Source: Eledone cirrhosa (Eukaryota). Taken from it: 64,000 nt of DNA. The notes under the pieces were generated by a model that worked only from the letters and a program-made list of their open reading frames with translations, searched no databases and was not told where the DNA came from. The translations under genes were made by a program, and so were the position numbers. Of the stretch, positions 18,001-32,982 are shown piece after piece (the first letter of the stretch is position 1; each line of letters starts with the position of its first letter). The stretch spans positions 22,444,001 through 22,508,000 of the forward strand of contig OZ024741.1 in assembly GCA_964016885.1 (NCBI GenBank), in the 5' to 3' direction.

Positions 18001-18786
18001 TTTCATTACCATATTTCTAATGAAAGACACTACCTATGTCTTTAACCCTTTCATTACCATATTTCTAATGAAAGACACTACCTATGTCATTAACCCTTTC
18101 ATTACCATATTTCAAATGAAAGACACTACCTATGTCATTAACCCTTTCATTACCATATTTCTAATGAAAGATAGTACCTATGTCATTAACCCTTTCATTA
18201 CCATATTTCTAATGAAAGACACTGTCTATGTCATTAACCCTTTCATTACCATATTTCTAATAAAAGACACTACCTATGTCATTAACCCTTTCATTACCAT
18301 ATTTATAATGAAAGACACTGTCTATTGCATTAACCCTTTCATTACCATATTTCTAATGAAAGACACTGCCTATGTCATTAACCCTTTCATTACCATATTT
18401 CTAATGAAAGACACTGTCTATGTCATTAACCCTTTCATTACCATATTTATAATGAAAGACACTGCCTATGTCATTAACCCTTTCTTTACCATATGTCTAA
18501 TGAAAGACACTGCCTATGTCATTAACCCTTTCATTACAATATTTCTAATGAAAGAGACTGTCTATGTCATTAACCCTTTCATTACCATATGTCTACTGAA
18601 AGACACTGTCTATATCAATTACCCTTTCATTACCATATTTCTAATGAAAGACACTACCTATGTCATTAACCCTTTCATTACCATATTTATAATGAAAGAC
18701 ACTGTCTATTGCATTAACCCTTTCATTACCATATTTCTAATGAAAGACACTGTTATATCATTAACCCTTTCATTACCATATGTCTA

Positions 18787-21700
18787 ATGAAAGACACTGC
18801 CTATGTCATTAACCCTTTCATTACAATATTTCTAATGAAAGACACTGTCTATGTCATTAACCCTTTCATTACCATATTTCTAATAAAAGACACTACCTAT
18901 GTCATTAACCCTTTCCTTACCATATTTATAATGAAAGACACTGTCTATTGCATTAACCCTTTCATTACCATATTTCTAATGAAAGACACTGCCTATGTCA
19001 TTAACCCTTTCATTACCATATTTCTAATGAAAGACACTGTCTATGTCATTAACCCTTTCATTACCATATTTATAATGAAAGACACTGCCTATGTCATTAA
19101 CCCTTTCTTTACCATATGTCTAATGAAAGACACTGCCTATGTCATTAACCCTTTCATTACAATATTTCTAATGACAGAGACTGTCTATGTCATTAACCCT
19201 TTCATTACCATATCTCTACTGAAAGACACTGTCTATATCATTAACCCTTTCATTACCATATTTCTAATGAAAGACACTATCTATGTCATTAACCCTTTCG
19301 TTACCATATTTCTAATGAATGACACTAGCTTTGTCATTAACCCTTTCATTACCATATTTCTAATGAAAGACACTACCTATGTCATTAACCCTTTCATTAC
19401 CATATTTCTAATGAAAGACACTACCTATGTCATTAACCCTTTCATTACCATATTTCTAATGAAAGACACTGTCTATGTCATTAACCCTTTCATTACCATA
19501 TTCCTAATAAAAGACACTACCTATGCCATTAACCCTTTCATTACCATATTTCTAATGAAAGACACTACCTATGTCTTTAACCCTTTCATTACCATATTTC
19601 AAATGAAAGACACTACCTATGTCATTAACCCTTTCATTACCATATTTCTAATGAAAGATACTACCTATGTCATTAACCCTTTCATTACCATATTTCTAAT
19701 GAAAGACACTGTCTATGTCATTAACCCTTTCATTACCATATTTCTAATAAAAGACACTACCTATGTCATTAACCCTTTCATTACCATATTTATAATGAAA
19801 GACACTGTCTATTGCATTAACCCTTTCATTACCATATTTCTAATGAAAGACACTGCCTATGTCATTAACCCTTTCATTACCATATTTCTAATGAAAGACA
19901 CTGTCTATGTCATTAACCCTTTCATTACCATATTTATAATGAAAGACACTGCCTATGTCATTAACCCTTTCTTTACCATATGTCTAATGAAAGACACTGC
20001 CTATGTCATTAACCCTTTCATTACAATATTTCTAATGAAAGAGACTGTCTATGTCATTAACCCTTTCATTACCATATGTCTACTGAAAGACACTGTCTAT
20101 ATCATTAACCCTTTCATTACCATATTTCTAATGAAAGACACTACCTATGTCATTAACCCTTTCATTACCATATTTATAATGAAAGACACTGTCTATTGCA
20201 TTAACCCTTTCATTACCATATTTCTAATGAAAGACACTGTTATATCATTAACCCTTTCATTACCATATGTCTAATGAAAGACACTGTCTATGTCATTAAC
20301 CCTTTCATTACCATATTTATAATGAAAGACACTGCCTATGTCATTAACCCTTTCTTTACCATATGTCTAATGAAAGACACTGCCTATGTCATTAACCCTT
20401 TCATTACAATATTTCTAATGAAAGAGACTGTCTATGTCATTAACCCTTTCATTACCATATGTCTACTGAAAGACACTGTCTATATCATTAACCCTTTCAT
20501 TACCATATTTCTAATGAAAGACACTACCTATGTCATTAACCCTTTCATTACCATATTTCTAATGAAAGACACTGTCTATGTCATTAACCCTTTCATTACC
20601 ATATTTCTAATGAAAGACACTGTCTATGTCATTAACCCTTTCATTACCATATTTCTAATGAAAGACACTACCTATGTCATTAACCCTTTCATTACCATAT
20701 TTCTAATGAAAGACACTACCTATGTCATTAACCCTTTCATTACCATATTTCTAATGAAATACACTGTCTATGTCATTAACCCTTTCATTACCATATTCCT
20801 AATAAAAGACACTACCTATGCCATTAACCCTTTCATTACCATATTTCTAATGAAAGACACTACCTATGTCTTTAACCCTTTCATTACCATATTTCTAATG
20901 AAAGACACTACCTATGTCATTAACCCTTTCATTACCATATTTCAAATGAAAGACACTACCTATGTCATTAACCCTTTCATTACCATATTTCTAATGAAAG
21001 ATAGTACCTATGTCATTAACCCTTTCATTACCATATTTCTAATGAAAGACACTGTCTATGTCATTAACCCTTTCATTACCATATTTCTAATAAAAGACAC
21101 TACCTATGTCATTAACCCTTTCATTACCATATTTATAATGAAAGACACTGTCTATTGCATTAACCCTTTCATTACCATATTTCTAATGAAAGACACTGCC
21201 TATGTCATTAACCCTTTCATTACCATATTTCTAATGAAAGACACTGTCTATGTCATTAACCCTTTCATTACCATATTTATAATGAAAGACACTGCCTATG
21301 TCATTAACCCTTTCTTTACCATATGTCTAATGAAAGACACTGCCTATGTCATTAACCCTTTCATTACAATATTTCTAATGAAAGAGACTGTCTATGTCAT
21401 TAACCCTTTCATTACCATATGTCTACTGAAAGACACTGTCTATATCAATTACCCTTTCATTACCATATTTCTAATGAAAGACACTACCTATGTCATTAAC
21501 CCTTTCATTAACATATTTATAATGAAAGACACTGTCTATTGCATTAACCCTTTCATTACCATATTTCTAATGAAAGACACTGTTATATCATTAACCCTTT
21601 CATTACCATATGTCTAATGAAAGACACTGCCTATGTCATTAACCCTTTCATTACAATATTTCTAATGAAAGACACTGTCTATGTCATTAACCCTTTCATT

Positions 21701-24700
21701 ACCATATTTCTAATAAAAGACACTACCTATGTCATTAACCCTTTCCTTACCATATTTATAATGAAAGACACTGTCTATTGCATTAACCCTTTCATTACCA
21801 TATTTCTAATGAAAGACACTGCCTATGTCATTAACCCTTTCATTACCATATTTCTAATGAAAGACACTGTCTATGTCATTAACCCTTTCATTACCATATT
21901 TATAATGAAAGACACTGCCTATGTCATTAACCCTTTCTTTACCATATGTCTAATGAAAGACACTGCCTATGTCATTAACCCTTTCATTACAATATTTCTA
22001 ATGACAGAGACTGTCTATGTCATTAACCCTTTCATTACCATATCTCTACTGAAAGACACTGTCTATATCATTAACCCTTTCATTACCATATTTCTAATGA
22101 AAGACACTATCTATGTCATTAACCCTTTCGTTACCATATTTCTAATGAATGACACTAGCTTTGTCATTAACCCTTTCATTACCATATTTCTAATGAAAGA
22201 CACTACCTATGTCATTAACCCTTTCATTACCATATTTCTAATGAAAGACACTACCTATGTCATTAACCCTTTCATTACCATATTTCTAATGAAAGACACT
22301 GTCTATGTCATTAACCCTTTCATTACCATATTCCTAATAAAAGACACTACCTATGCCATTAACCCTTTCATTACCATATTTCTAATGAAAGACACTACCT
22401 ATGTCTTTAACCCTTTCATTACCATATTTCAAATGAAAGACACTACCTATGTCATTAACCCTTTCATTACCATATTTCTAATGAAAGATACTACCTATGT
22501 CATTAACCCTTTCATTACCATATTTCTAATGAAAGACACTGTCTATGTCATTAACCCTTTCATTACCATATTTCTAATAAAAGACACTACCTATGTCATT
22601 AACCCTTTCATTACCATATTTATAATGAAAGACACTGTCTATTGCATTAACCCTTTCATTACCATATTTCTAATGAAAGACACTGCCTATGTCATTAACC
22701 CTTTCATTACCATATTTCTAATGAAAGACACTGTCTATGTCATTAACCCTTTCATTACCATATTTATAATGAAAGACACTGCCTATGTCATTAACCCTTT
22801 CTTTACCATATGTCTAATGAAAGACACTGCCTATGTCATTAACCCTTTCATTACAATATTTCTAATGAAAGAGACTGTCTATGTCATTAACCCTTTCATT
22901 ACCATATGTCTACTGAAAGACACTGTCTATATCATTAACCCTTTCATTACCATATTTCTAATGAAAGACACTACCTATGTCATTAACCCTTTCATTACCA
23001 TATTTATAATGAAAGACACTGTCTATTGCATTAACCCTTTCATTACCATATTTCTAATGAAAGACACTGTTATATCATTAACCCTTTCATTACCATATGT
23101 CTAATGAAAGACACTGCCTATGTCATTAACCCTTTCATTACAATATTTCTAATGAAAGACACTGTCTATGTCATTAACCCTTTCATTACCATATTTCTAA
23201 TAAAAGACACTACCTATGTCATTAACCCTTTCCTTACCATATTTATAATGAAAGACACTGTCTATTGCATTAACCCTTTCATTACCATATTTCTAATAAA
23301 AGACACTACCTATGTCATTAACCCTTTCATTACCATATTTATAATGAAAGACACTGTCTATTGCATTAACCCTTTCATTACCATATTTCTAATGAAAGAC
23401 ACTGCCTATGTCATTAACCCTTTCATTACCATATTTCTAATGAAAGACACTGTCTATGTCATTAACCCTTTCATTACCATATTTATAATGAAAGACACTG
23501 CCTATGTCATTAACCCTTTCTTTACCATATGTCTAATGAAAGACACTGCCTATGTCATTAACCCTTTCATTACAATATTTCTAATGAAAGAGACTGTCTA
23601 TGTCATTAACCCTTTCATTACCATATGTCTACTGAAAGACACTGTCTATATCAATTACCCTTTCATTACCATATTTCTAATGAAAGACACTACCTATGTC
23701 ATTAACCCTTTCATTACCATATTTATAATGAAAGACACTGTCTATTGCATTAACCCTTTCATTACCATATTTCTAATGAAAGACACTGTTATATCATTAA
23801 CCCTTTCATTACCATATGTCTAATGAAAGACACTGCCTATGTCATTAACCCTTTCATTACAATATTTCTAATGAAAGACACTGTCTATGTCATTAACCCT
23901 TTCATTACCATATTTCTAATAAAAGACACTACCTATGTCATTAACCCTTTCCTTACCATATTTATAATGAAAGACACTGTCTATTGCATTAACCCTTTCA
24001 TTACCATATTTCTAATGAAAGACACTGCCTATGTCATTAACCCTTTCATTACCATATTTCTAATGAAAGACACTGTCTATGTCATTAACCCTTTCATTAC
24101 CATATTTATAATGAAAGACACTGCCTATGTCATTAACCCTTTCTTTACCATATGTCTAATGAAAGACACTGCCTATGTCATTAACCCTTTCATTACAATA
24201 TTTCTAATGACAGAGACTGTCTATGTCATTAACCCTTTCATTACCATATCTCTACTGAAAGACACTGTCTATATCATTAACCCTTTCATTACCATATTTC
24301 TAATGAAAGACACTATCTATGTCATTAACCCTTTCGTTACCATATTTCTAATGAATGACACTAGCTTTGTCATTAACCCTTTCATTACCATATTTCTAAT
24401 GAAAGACACTACCTATGTCATTAACCCTTTCATTACCATATTTCTAATGAAAGACACTACCTATGTCATTAACCCTTTCATTACCATATTTCTAATGAAA
24501 GACACTGTCTATGTCATTAACCCTTTCATTACCATATTCCTAATAAAAGACACTACCTATGCCATTAACCCTTTCATTACCATATTTCTAATGAAAGACA
24601 CTACCTATGTCTTTAACCCTTTCATTACCATATTTCAAATGAAAGACACTACCTATGTCATTAACCCTTTCATTACCATATTTCTAATGAAAGATACTAC

Positions 24701-27700
24701 CTATGTCATTAACCCTTTCATTACCATATTTCTAATGAAAGACACTGTCTATGTCATTAACCCTTTCATTACCATATTTCTAATAAAAGACACTACCTAT
24801 GTCATTAACCCTTTCATTACCATATTTATAATGAAAGACACTGTCTATTGCATTAACCCTTTCATTACCATATTTCTAATGAAAGACACTGCCTATGTCA
24901 TTAACCCTTTCATTACCATATTTCTAATGAAAGACACTGTCTATGTCATTAACCCTTTCATTACCATATTTATAATGAAAGACACTGCCTATGTCATTAA
25001 CCCTTTCTTTACCATATGTCTAATGAAAGACACTGCCTATGTCATTAACCCTTTCATTACAATATTTCTAATGAAAGAGACTGTCTATGTCATTAACCCT
25101 TTCATTACCATATGTCTACTGAAAGACACTGTCTATATCATTAACCCTTTCATTACCATATTTCTAATGAAAGACACTACCTATGTCATTAACCCTTTCA
25201 TTACCATATTTATAATGAAAGACACTGTCTATTGCATTAACCCTTTCATTACCATATTTCTAATGAAAGACACTGTTATATCATTAACCCTTTCATTACC
25301 ATATGTCTAATGAAAGACACTGCCTATGTCATTAACCCTTTCATTACAATATTTCTAATGAAAGACACTGTCTATGTCATTAACCCTTTCATTACCATAT
25401 TTCTAATAAAAGACACTACCTATGTCATTAACCCTTTCCTTACCATATTTATAATGAAAGACACTGTCTATTGCATTAACCCTTTCATTACCATATTTCT
25501 AATGAAAGACACTGCCTATGTCATTAACCCTTTCATTACCATATTTCTAATGAAAGACACTGTCTATGTCATTAACCCTTTCATTACCATATTTATAATG
25601 AAAGACACTGCCTATGTCATTAACCCTTTCTTTACCATATGTCTAATGAAAGACACTGCCTATGTCATTAACCCTTTCATTACAATATTTCTAATGAAAG
25701 AGACTGTCTATGTCATTAACCCTTTCATTACCATATGTCTACTGAAAGACACTGTCTATATCATTAACCCTTTCATTACCATATTTCTAATGAAAGACAC
25801 TACCTATGTCATTAACCCTTTCATTACCATATTTATAATGAAAGACACTGTCTATTGCATTAACCCTTTCATTACCATATTTCTAATGAAAGACACTACC
25901 TATGTCATTAACCCTTTCATTACCATATTTATAATGAAAGACACTGTCTATTGCATTAACCCTTTCATTACCATATTTCTAATGAAAGACACTGTTATAT
26001 CATTAACCCTTTCATTACCATATGTCTAATGAAAGACACTGCCTATGTCATTAACCCTTTCATTACAATATTTCTAATGAAAGACACTGTCTATGTCATT
26101 AACCCTTTCATTACCATATTTCTAATGAAAGACACTGTCTATGTCATTAACCCTTTCATTACCATATTTCTAATGAAAGACACTACCTATGTCATTAACC
26201 CTTTCATTACCATATTTCTAATGAAAGACACTACCTATGTCATTAACCCTTTCATTACCATATTTCTAATGAAATACACTGTCTATGTCATTAACCCTTT
26301 CATTACCATATTCCTAATAAAAGACACTACCTATGCCATTAACCCTTTCATTACCATATTTCTAATGAAAGACACTACCTATGTCTTTAACCCTTTCATT
26401 ACCATATTTCTAATGAAAGACACTACCTATGTCATTAACCCTTTCATTACCATATTTCAAATGAAAGACACTACCTATGTCATTAACCCTTTCATTACCA
26501 TATTTCTAATGAAAGATAGTACCTATGTCATTAACCCTTTCATTACCATATTTCTAATGAAAGACACTGTCTATGTCATTAACCCTTTCATTACCATATT
26601 TCTAATAAAAGACACTACCTATGTCATTAACCCTTTCATTACCATATTTATAATGAAAGACACTGTCTATTGCATTAACCCTTTCATTACCATATTTCTA
26701 ATGAAAGACACTGCCTATGTCATTAACCCTTTCATTACCATATTTCTAAATAAAGACACTGTCTATGTCATTAACCCTTTCATTACCATATTTATAATGA
26801 AAGACACTGCCTATGTCATTAACCCTTTCTTTACCATATGTCTAATGAAAGACACTGCCTATGTCATTAACCCTTTCATTACAATATTTCTAATGAAAGA
26901 GACTGTCTATGTCATTAACCCTTTCATTACCATATGTCTACTGAAAGACACTGTCTATATCAATTACCCTTTCATTACCATATTTCTAATGAAAGACACT
27001 ACCTATGTCATTAACCCTTTCATTACCATATTTATAATGAAAGACACTGTCTATTGCATTAACCCTTTCATTACCATATTTCTAATGAAAGACACTGTTA
27101 TATCATTAACCCTTTCATTACCATATGTCTAATGAAAGACACTGCCTATGTCATTAACCCTTTCATTACAATATTTCTAATGAAAGACACTGTCTATGTC
27201 ATTAACCCTTTCATTACCATATTTCTAATAAAAGACACTACCTATGTCATTAACCCTTTCCTTACCATATTTATAATGAAAGACACTGTCTATTGCATTA
27301 ACCCTTTCATTACCATATTTCTAATGAAAGACACTGCCTATGTCATTAACCCTTTCATTACCATATTTCTAATGAAAGACACTGTCTATGTCATTAACCC
27401 TTTCATTACCATATTTATAATGAAAGACACTGCCTATGTCATTAACCCTTTCTTTACCATATGTCTAATGAAAGACACTGCCTATGTCATTAACCCTTTC
27501 ATTACAATATTTCTAATGACAGAGACTGTCTATGTCATTAACCCTTTCATTACCATATCTCTACTGAAAGACACTGTCTATATCATTAACCCTTTCATTA
27601 CCATATTTCTAATGAAAGACACTATCTATGTCATTAACCCTTTCGTTACCATATTTCTAATGAATGACACTAGCTTTGTCATTAACCCTTTCATTACCAT

Positions 27701-28618
27701 ATTTCTAATGAAAGACACTACCTATGTCATTAACCCTTTCATTACCATATTTCTAATGAAAGACACTACCTATGTCATTAACCCTTTCATTACCATATTT
27801 CTAATGAAAGACACTGTCTATGTCATTAACCCTTTCATTACCATATTCCTAATAAAAGACACTACCTATGCCATTAACCCTTTCATTACCATATTTCTAA
27901 TGAAAGACACTACCTATGTCTTTAACCCTTTCATTACCATATTTCAAATGAAAGACACTACCTATGTCATTAACCCTTTCATTACCATATTTCTAATGAA
28001 AGATACTACCTATGTCATTAACCCTTTCATTACCATATTTCTAATGAAAGACACTGTCTATGTCATTAACCCTTTCATTACCATATTTCTAATAAAAGAC
28101 ACTACCTATGTCATTAACCCTTTCATTACCATATTTATAATGAAAGACACTGTCTATTGCATTAACCCTTTCATTACCATATTTCTAATGAAAGACACTG
28201 CCTATGTCATTAACCCTTTCATTACCATATTTCTAATGAAAGACACTGTCTATGTCATTAACCCTTTCATTACCATATTTATAATGAAAGACACTGCCTA
28301 TGTCATTAACCCTTTCTTTACCATATGTCTAATGAAAGACACTGCCTATGTCATTAACCCTTTCATTACAATATTTCTAATGAAAGAGACTGTCTATGTC
28401 ATTAACCCTTTCATTACCATATGTCTACTGAAAGACACTGTCTATATCATTAACCCTTTCATTACCATATTTCTAATGAAAGACACTACCTATGTCATTA
28501 ACCCTTTCATTACCATATTTATAATGAAAGACACTGTCTATTGCATTAACCCTTTCATTACCATATTTCTAATGAAAGACACTGTTATATCATTAACCCT
28601 TTCATTACCATATGTCTA
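18787..28618. repeat. Higher-order repeat region with four interspersed copies of a 1,487-bp (31-monomer) unit
   Basis: Blocks starting at 18787, 21617, 23823 and 27132 each give an apparently identical 495-aa translation. They are separated by related 719-1,822-bp stretches. Confidence 0.9.
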
Positions 28619-29241
28619 ATGAAAGACACTGCCTATGTCATTAACCCTTTCATTACAATATTTCTAATGAAAGACACTGTCTATGTCATTAACCCTTTCA
28701 TTACCATATTTCTAATAAAAGACACTACCTATGTCATTAACCCTTTCCTTACCATATTTATAATGAAAGACACTGTCTATTGCATTAACCCTTTCATTAC
28801 CATATTTCTAATGAAAGACACTGCCTATGTCATTAACCCTTTCATTACCATATTTCTAATGAAAGACACTGTCTATGTCATTAACCCTTTCATTACCATA
28901 TTTATAATGAAAGACACTGCCTATGTCATTAACCCTTTCTTTACCATATGTCTAATGAAAGACACTGCCTATGTCATTAACCCTTTCATTACAATATTTC
29001 TAATGAAAGAGACTGTCTATGTCATTAACCCTTTCATTACCATATGTCTACTGAAAGACACTGTCTATATCATTAACCCTTTCATTACCATATTTCTAAT
29101 GAAAGACACTACCTATGTCATTAACCCTTTCATTACCATATTTATAATGAAAGACATTGTCTATTGCATTAACCCTTTCATTACCATATTTCTAATGAAA
29201 GACACTGTTATATCATTAACCCTTTCATTACCATATGTCTA

Positions 29242-32200
29242 ATGAAAGACACTGCCTATGTCATTAACCCTTTCATTACAATATTTCTAATGAAAGACAC
29301 TGTCTATGTCATTAACCCTTTCATTACCATATTTCTAATAAAAGACACTACCTATGTCATTAACCCTTTCCTTACCATATTTATAATGAAAGACACTGTC
29401 TATTGCATTAACCCTTTCATTACCATATTTCTAATGAAAGACACTGCCTATGTCATTAACCCTTTCATTACCATATTTCTAATGAAAGACACTGTCTATG
29501 TCATTAACCCTTTCATTACCATATTTATAATGAAAGACACTGCCTATGTCATTAACCCTTTCTTTACCATATGTCTAATGAAAGACACTGCCTATGTCAT
29601 TAACCCTTTCATTACAATATTTCTAATGAAAGAGACTGTCTATGTCATTAACCCTTTCATTACCATATCTCTACTGAAAGACACTGTCTATATCATTAAC
29701 CCTTTCATTACCATATTTCTAATGAAAGACACTATCTATGTCATTAACCCTTTCGTTACCATATTTCTAATGAATGACACTAGCTTTGTCATTAACCCTT
29801 TCATTACCATATTTCTAATGAAAGACACTACCTATGTCATTAACCCTTTCATTACCATATTTCTAATGAAAGACACTGTCTATGTCATTAACCCTTTCAT
29901 TACCATATTTCTAATGAAAGACACTGTCTATGTCATTAACCCTTTCATTACCATATTTCTAATGAAAGACACTGTCTATGTCATTAACCCTTTCATTACC
30001 ATATTTCTAATGAAAGACACTACCTATGTCATTAACCCTTTCATTACCATATTTCTAATGAAAGACACTACCTATGTCATTAACCCTTTCATTACCATAT
30101 TTCTAATGAAAGACACTGTCTATGTCATTAACCCTTTCATTACCATATTTATAATGAAAGACACTGCCTATGTCATTAACCCTTTCTTTACCATATGTCT
30201 AATGAAAGACACTGCCTATGTCATTAACCCTTTCATTACAATATTTCTAATGAAAGAGACTGTCTATGTCATTAACCCTTTCATTACCATATGTCTACTG
30301 AAAGACACTGTCTATATCATTAACCCTTTCATTACCATATTTCTAATGAAAGACACTACCTATGTCATTAACCCTTTCATTACCATATTTATAATGAAAG
30401 ACACTGTCTATTGCATTAACCCTTTCATTACCATATTTCTAATGAAAGACACTGTTATATCATTAACCCTTTCATTACCATATGTCTAATGAAAGACACT
30501 GCCTATGTCATTAACCCTTTCATTACAATATTTCTAATGAAAGACACTGTCTATGTCATTAACCCTTTCATTACCATATTTCTAATAAAAGACACTACCT
30601 ATGTCATTAACCCTTTCCTTACCATATTTATAATGAAAGACACTGTCTATTGCATTAACCCTTTCATTACCATATTTCTAATGAAAGACACTGCCTATGT
30701 CATTAACCCTTTCATTACCATATTTCTAATGAAAGACACTGTCTATGTCATTAACCCTTTCATTACCATATTTATAATGAAAGACACTGCCTATGTCATT
30801 AACCCTTTCTTTACCATATGTCTAATGAAAGACACTGCCTATGTCATTAACCCTTTCATTACAATATTTCTAATGACAGAGACTGTCTATGTCATTAACC
30901 CTTTCATTACCATATCTCTACTGAAAGACACTGTCTATATCATTAACCCTTTCATTACCATATTTCTAATGAAAGACACTATCTATGTCATTAACCCTTT
31001 CGTTACCATATTTCTAATGAATGACACTAGCTTTGTCATTAACCCTTTCATTACCATATTTCTAATGAAAGACACTACCTATGTCATTAACCCTTTCATT
31101 ACCATATTTCTAATGAAAGACACTGTCTATGTCATTAACCCTTTCATTACCATATTTCTAATGAAAGACACTGTCTATGTCATTAACCCTTTCATTACCA
31201 TATTTCTAATGAAAGACACCGTCTATGTCATTAACCCTTTCATTACCATATTTCTAATGAAAGACACTACCTATGTCATTAACCCTTTCATTACCATATT
31301 TCTAATGAAAGACACTACCTATGTCATTAACCCTTTCATTACCATATTTCTAATGAAAGACACTGTCTATGTCATTAACCCTTTCATTACCATATTTATA
31401 ATGAAAGACACTGCCTATGTCATTAACCCTTTCTTTACCATATGTCTAATGAAAGACACTGCCTATGTCATTAACCCTTTCATTACAATATTTCTAATGA
31501 AAGAGACTGTCTATGTCATTAACCCTTTCATTACCATATGTCTACTGAAAGACACTGTCTATATCATTAACCCTTTCATTACCATATTTCTAATGAAAGA
31601 CACTACCTATGTCATTAACCCTTTCATTACCATATTTATAATGAAAGACACTGTCTATTGCATTAACCCTTTCATTACCATATTTCTAATGAAAGACACT
31701 GTTATATCATTAACCCTTTCATTACCATATGTCTAATGAAAGACACTGCCTATGTCATTAACCCTTTCATTACAATATTTCTAATGAAAGACACTGTCTA
31801 TGTCATTAACCCTTTCAATACCATATTTCTAATAAAAGACACTACCTATGTCATTAACCCTTTCCTTACCATATTTATAATGAAAGACACTGTCTATTGC
31901 ATTAACCCTTTCATTACCATATTTCTAATGAAAGACACTGCCTATGTCATTAACCCTTTCATTACCATATTTCTAATGAAAGACACTGTCTATGTCATTA
32001 ACCCTTTCATTACCATATTTATAATGAAAGACACTGCCTATGTCATTAACCCTTTCTTTACCATATGTCTAATGAAAGACACTGCCTATGTCATTAACCC
32101 TTTCATTACAATATTTCTAATGAAAGAGACTGTCTATGTCATTAACCCTTTCATTACCATATCTCTACTGAAAGACACTGTCTATATCATTAACCCTTTC

Positions 32201-32982
32201 ATTACCATATTTCTAATGAAAGACACTATCTATGTCATTAACCCTTTCGTTACCATATTTCTAATGAATGACACTAGCTTTGTCATTAACCCTTTCATTA
32301 CCATATTTCTAATGAAAGACACTACCTATGTCATTAACCCTTTCATTACCATATTTCTAATGAAAGACACTGTCTATGTCATTAACCCTTTCATTACCAT
32401 ATTTCTAATGAAAGACACTGTCTATGTCATTAACCCTTTCATTACCATATTTCTAATGAAAGACACTGTCTATGTCATTAACCCTTTCATTACCATATTT
32501 CTAATGAAAGACACTACCTATGTCATTAACCCTTTCATTACCATATTTCTAATGAAAGACACTACCTATGTCATTAACCCTTTCATTACCATATTTCTAA
32601 TGAAAGACACTGTCTATGTCATTAACCCTTTCATTACCATATTTATAATGAAAGACACTGCCTATGTCATTAACCCTTTCTTTACCATATGTCTAATGAA
32701 AGACACTGCCTATGTCATTAACCCTTTCATTACAATATTTCTAATGAAAGAGACTGTCTATGTCATTAACCCTTTCATTACCATATGTCTACTGAAAGAC
32801 ACTGTCTATATCATTAACCCTTTCATTACCATATTTCTAATGAAAGACACTACCTATGTCATTAACCCTTTCATTACCATATTTATAATGAAAGACACTG
32901 TCTATTGCATTAACCCTTTCATTACCATATTTCTAATGAAAGACACTGTTATATCATTAACCCTTTCATTACCATATGTCTA
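29242..32982. repeat. Higher-order repeat: three tandem copies of a 1,247-bp (26-monomer) unit
   Basis: Junctions at 29242, 30489, 31736 and 32983 are 1,247 bp apart (25x48+47), with near-identical order of monomer variants. The same unit recurs at 39743-42236. Confidence 0.93.
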
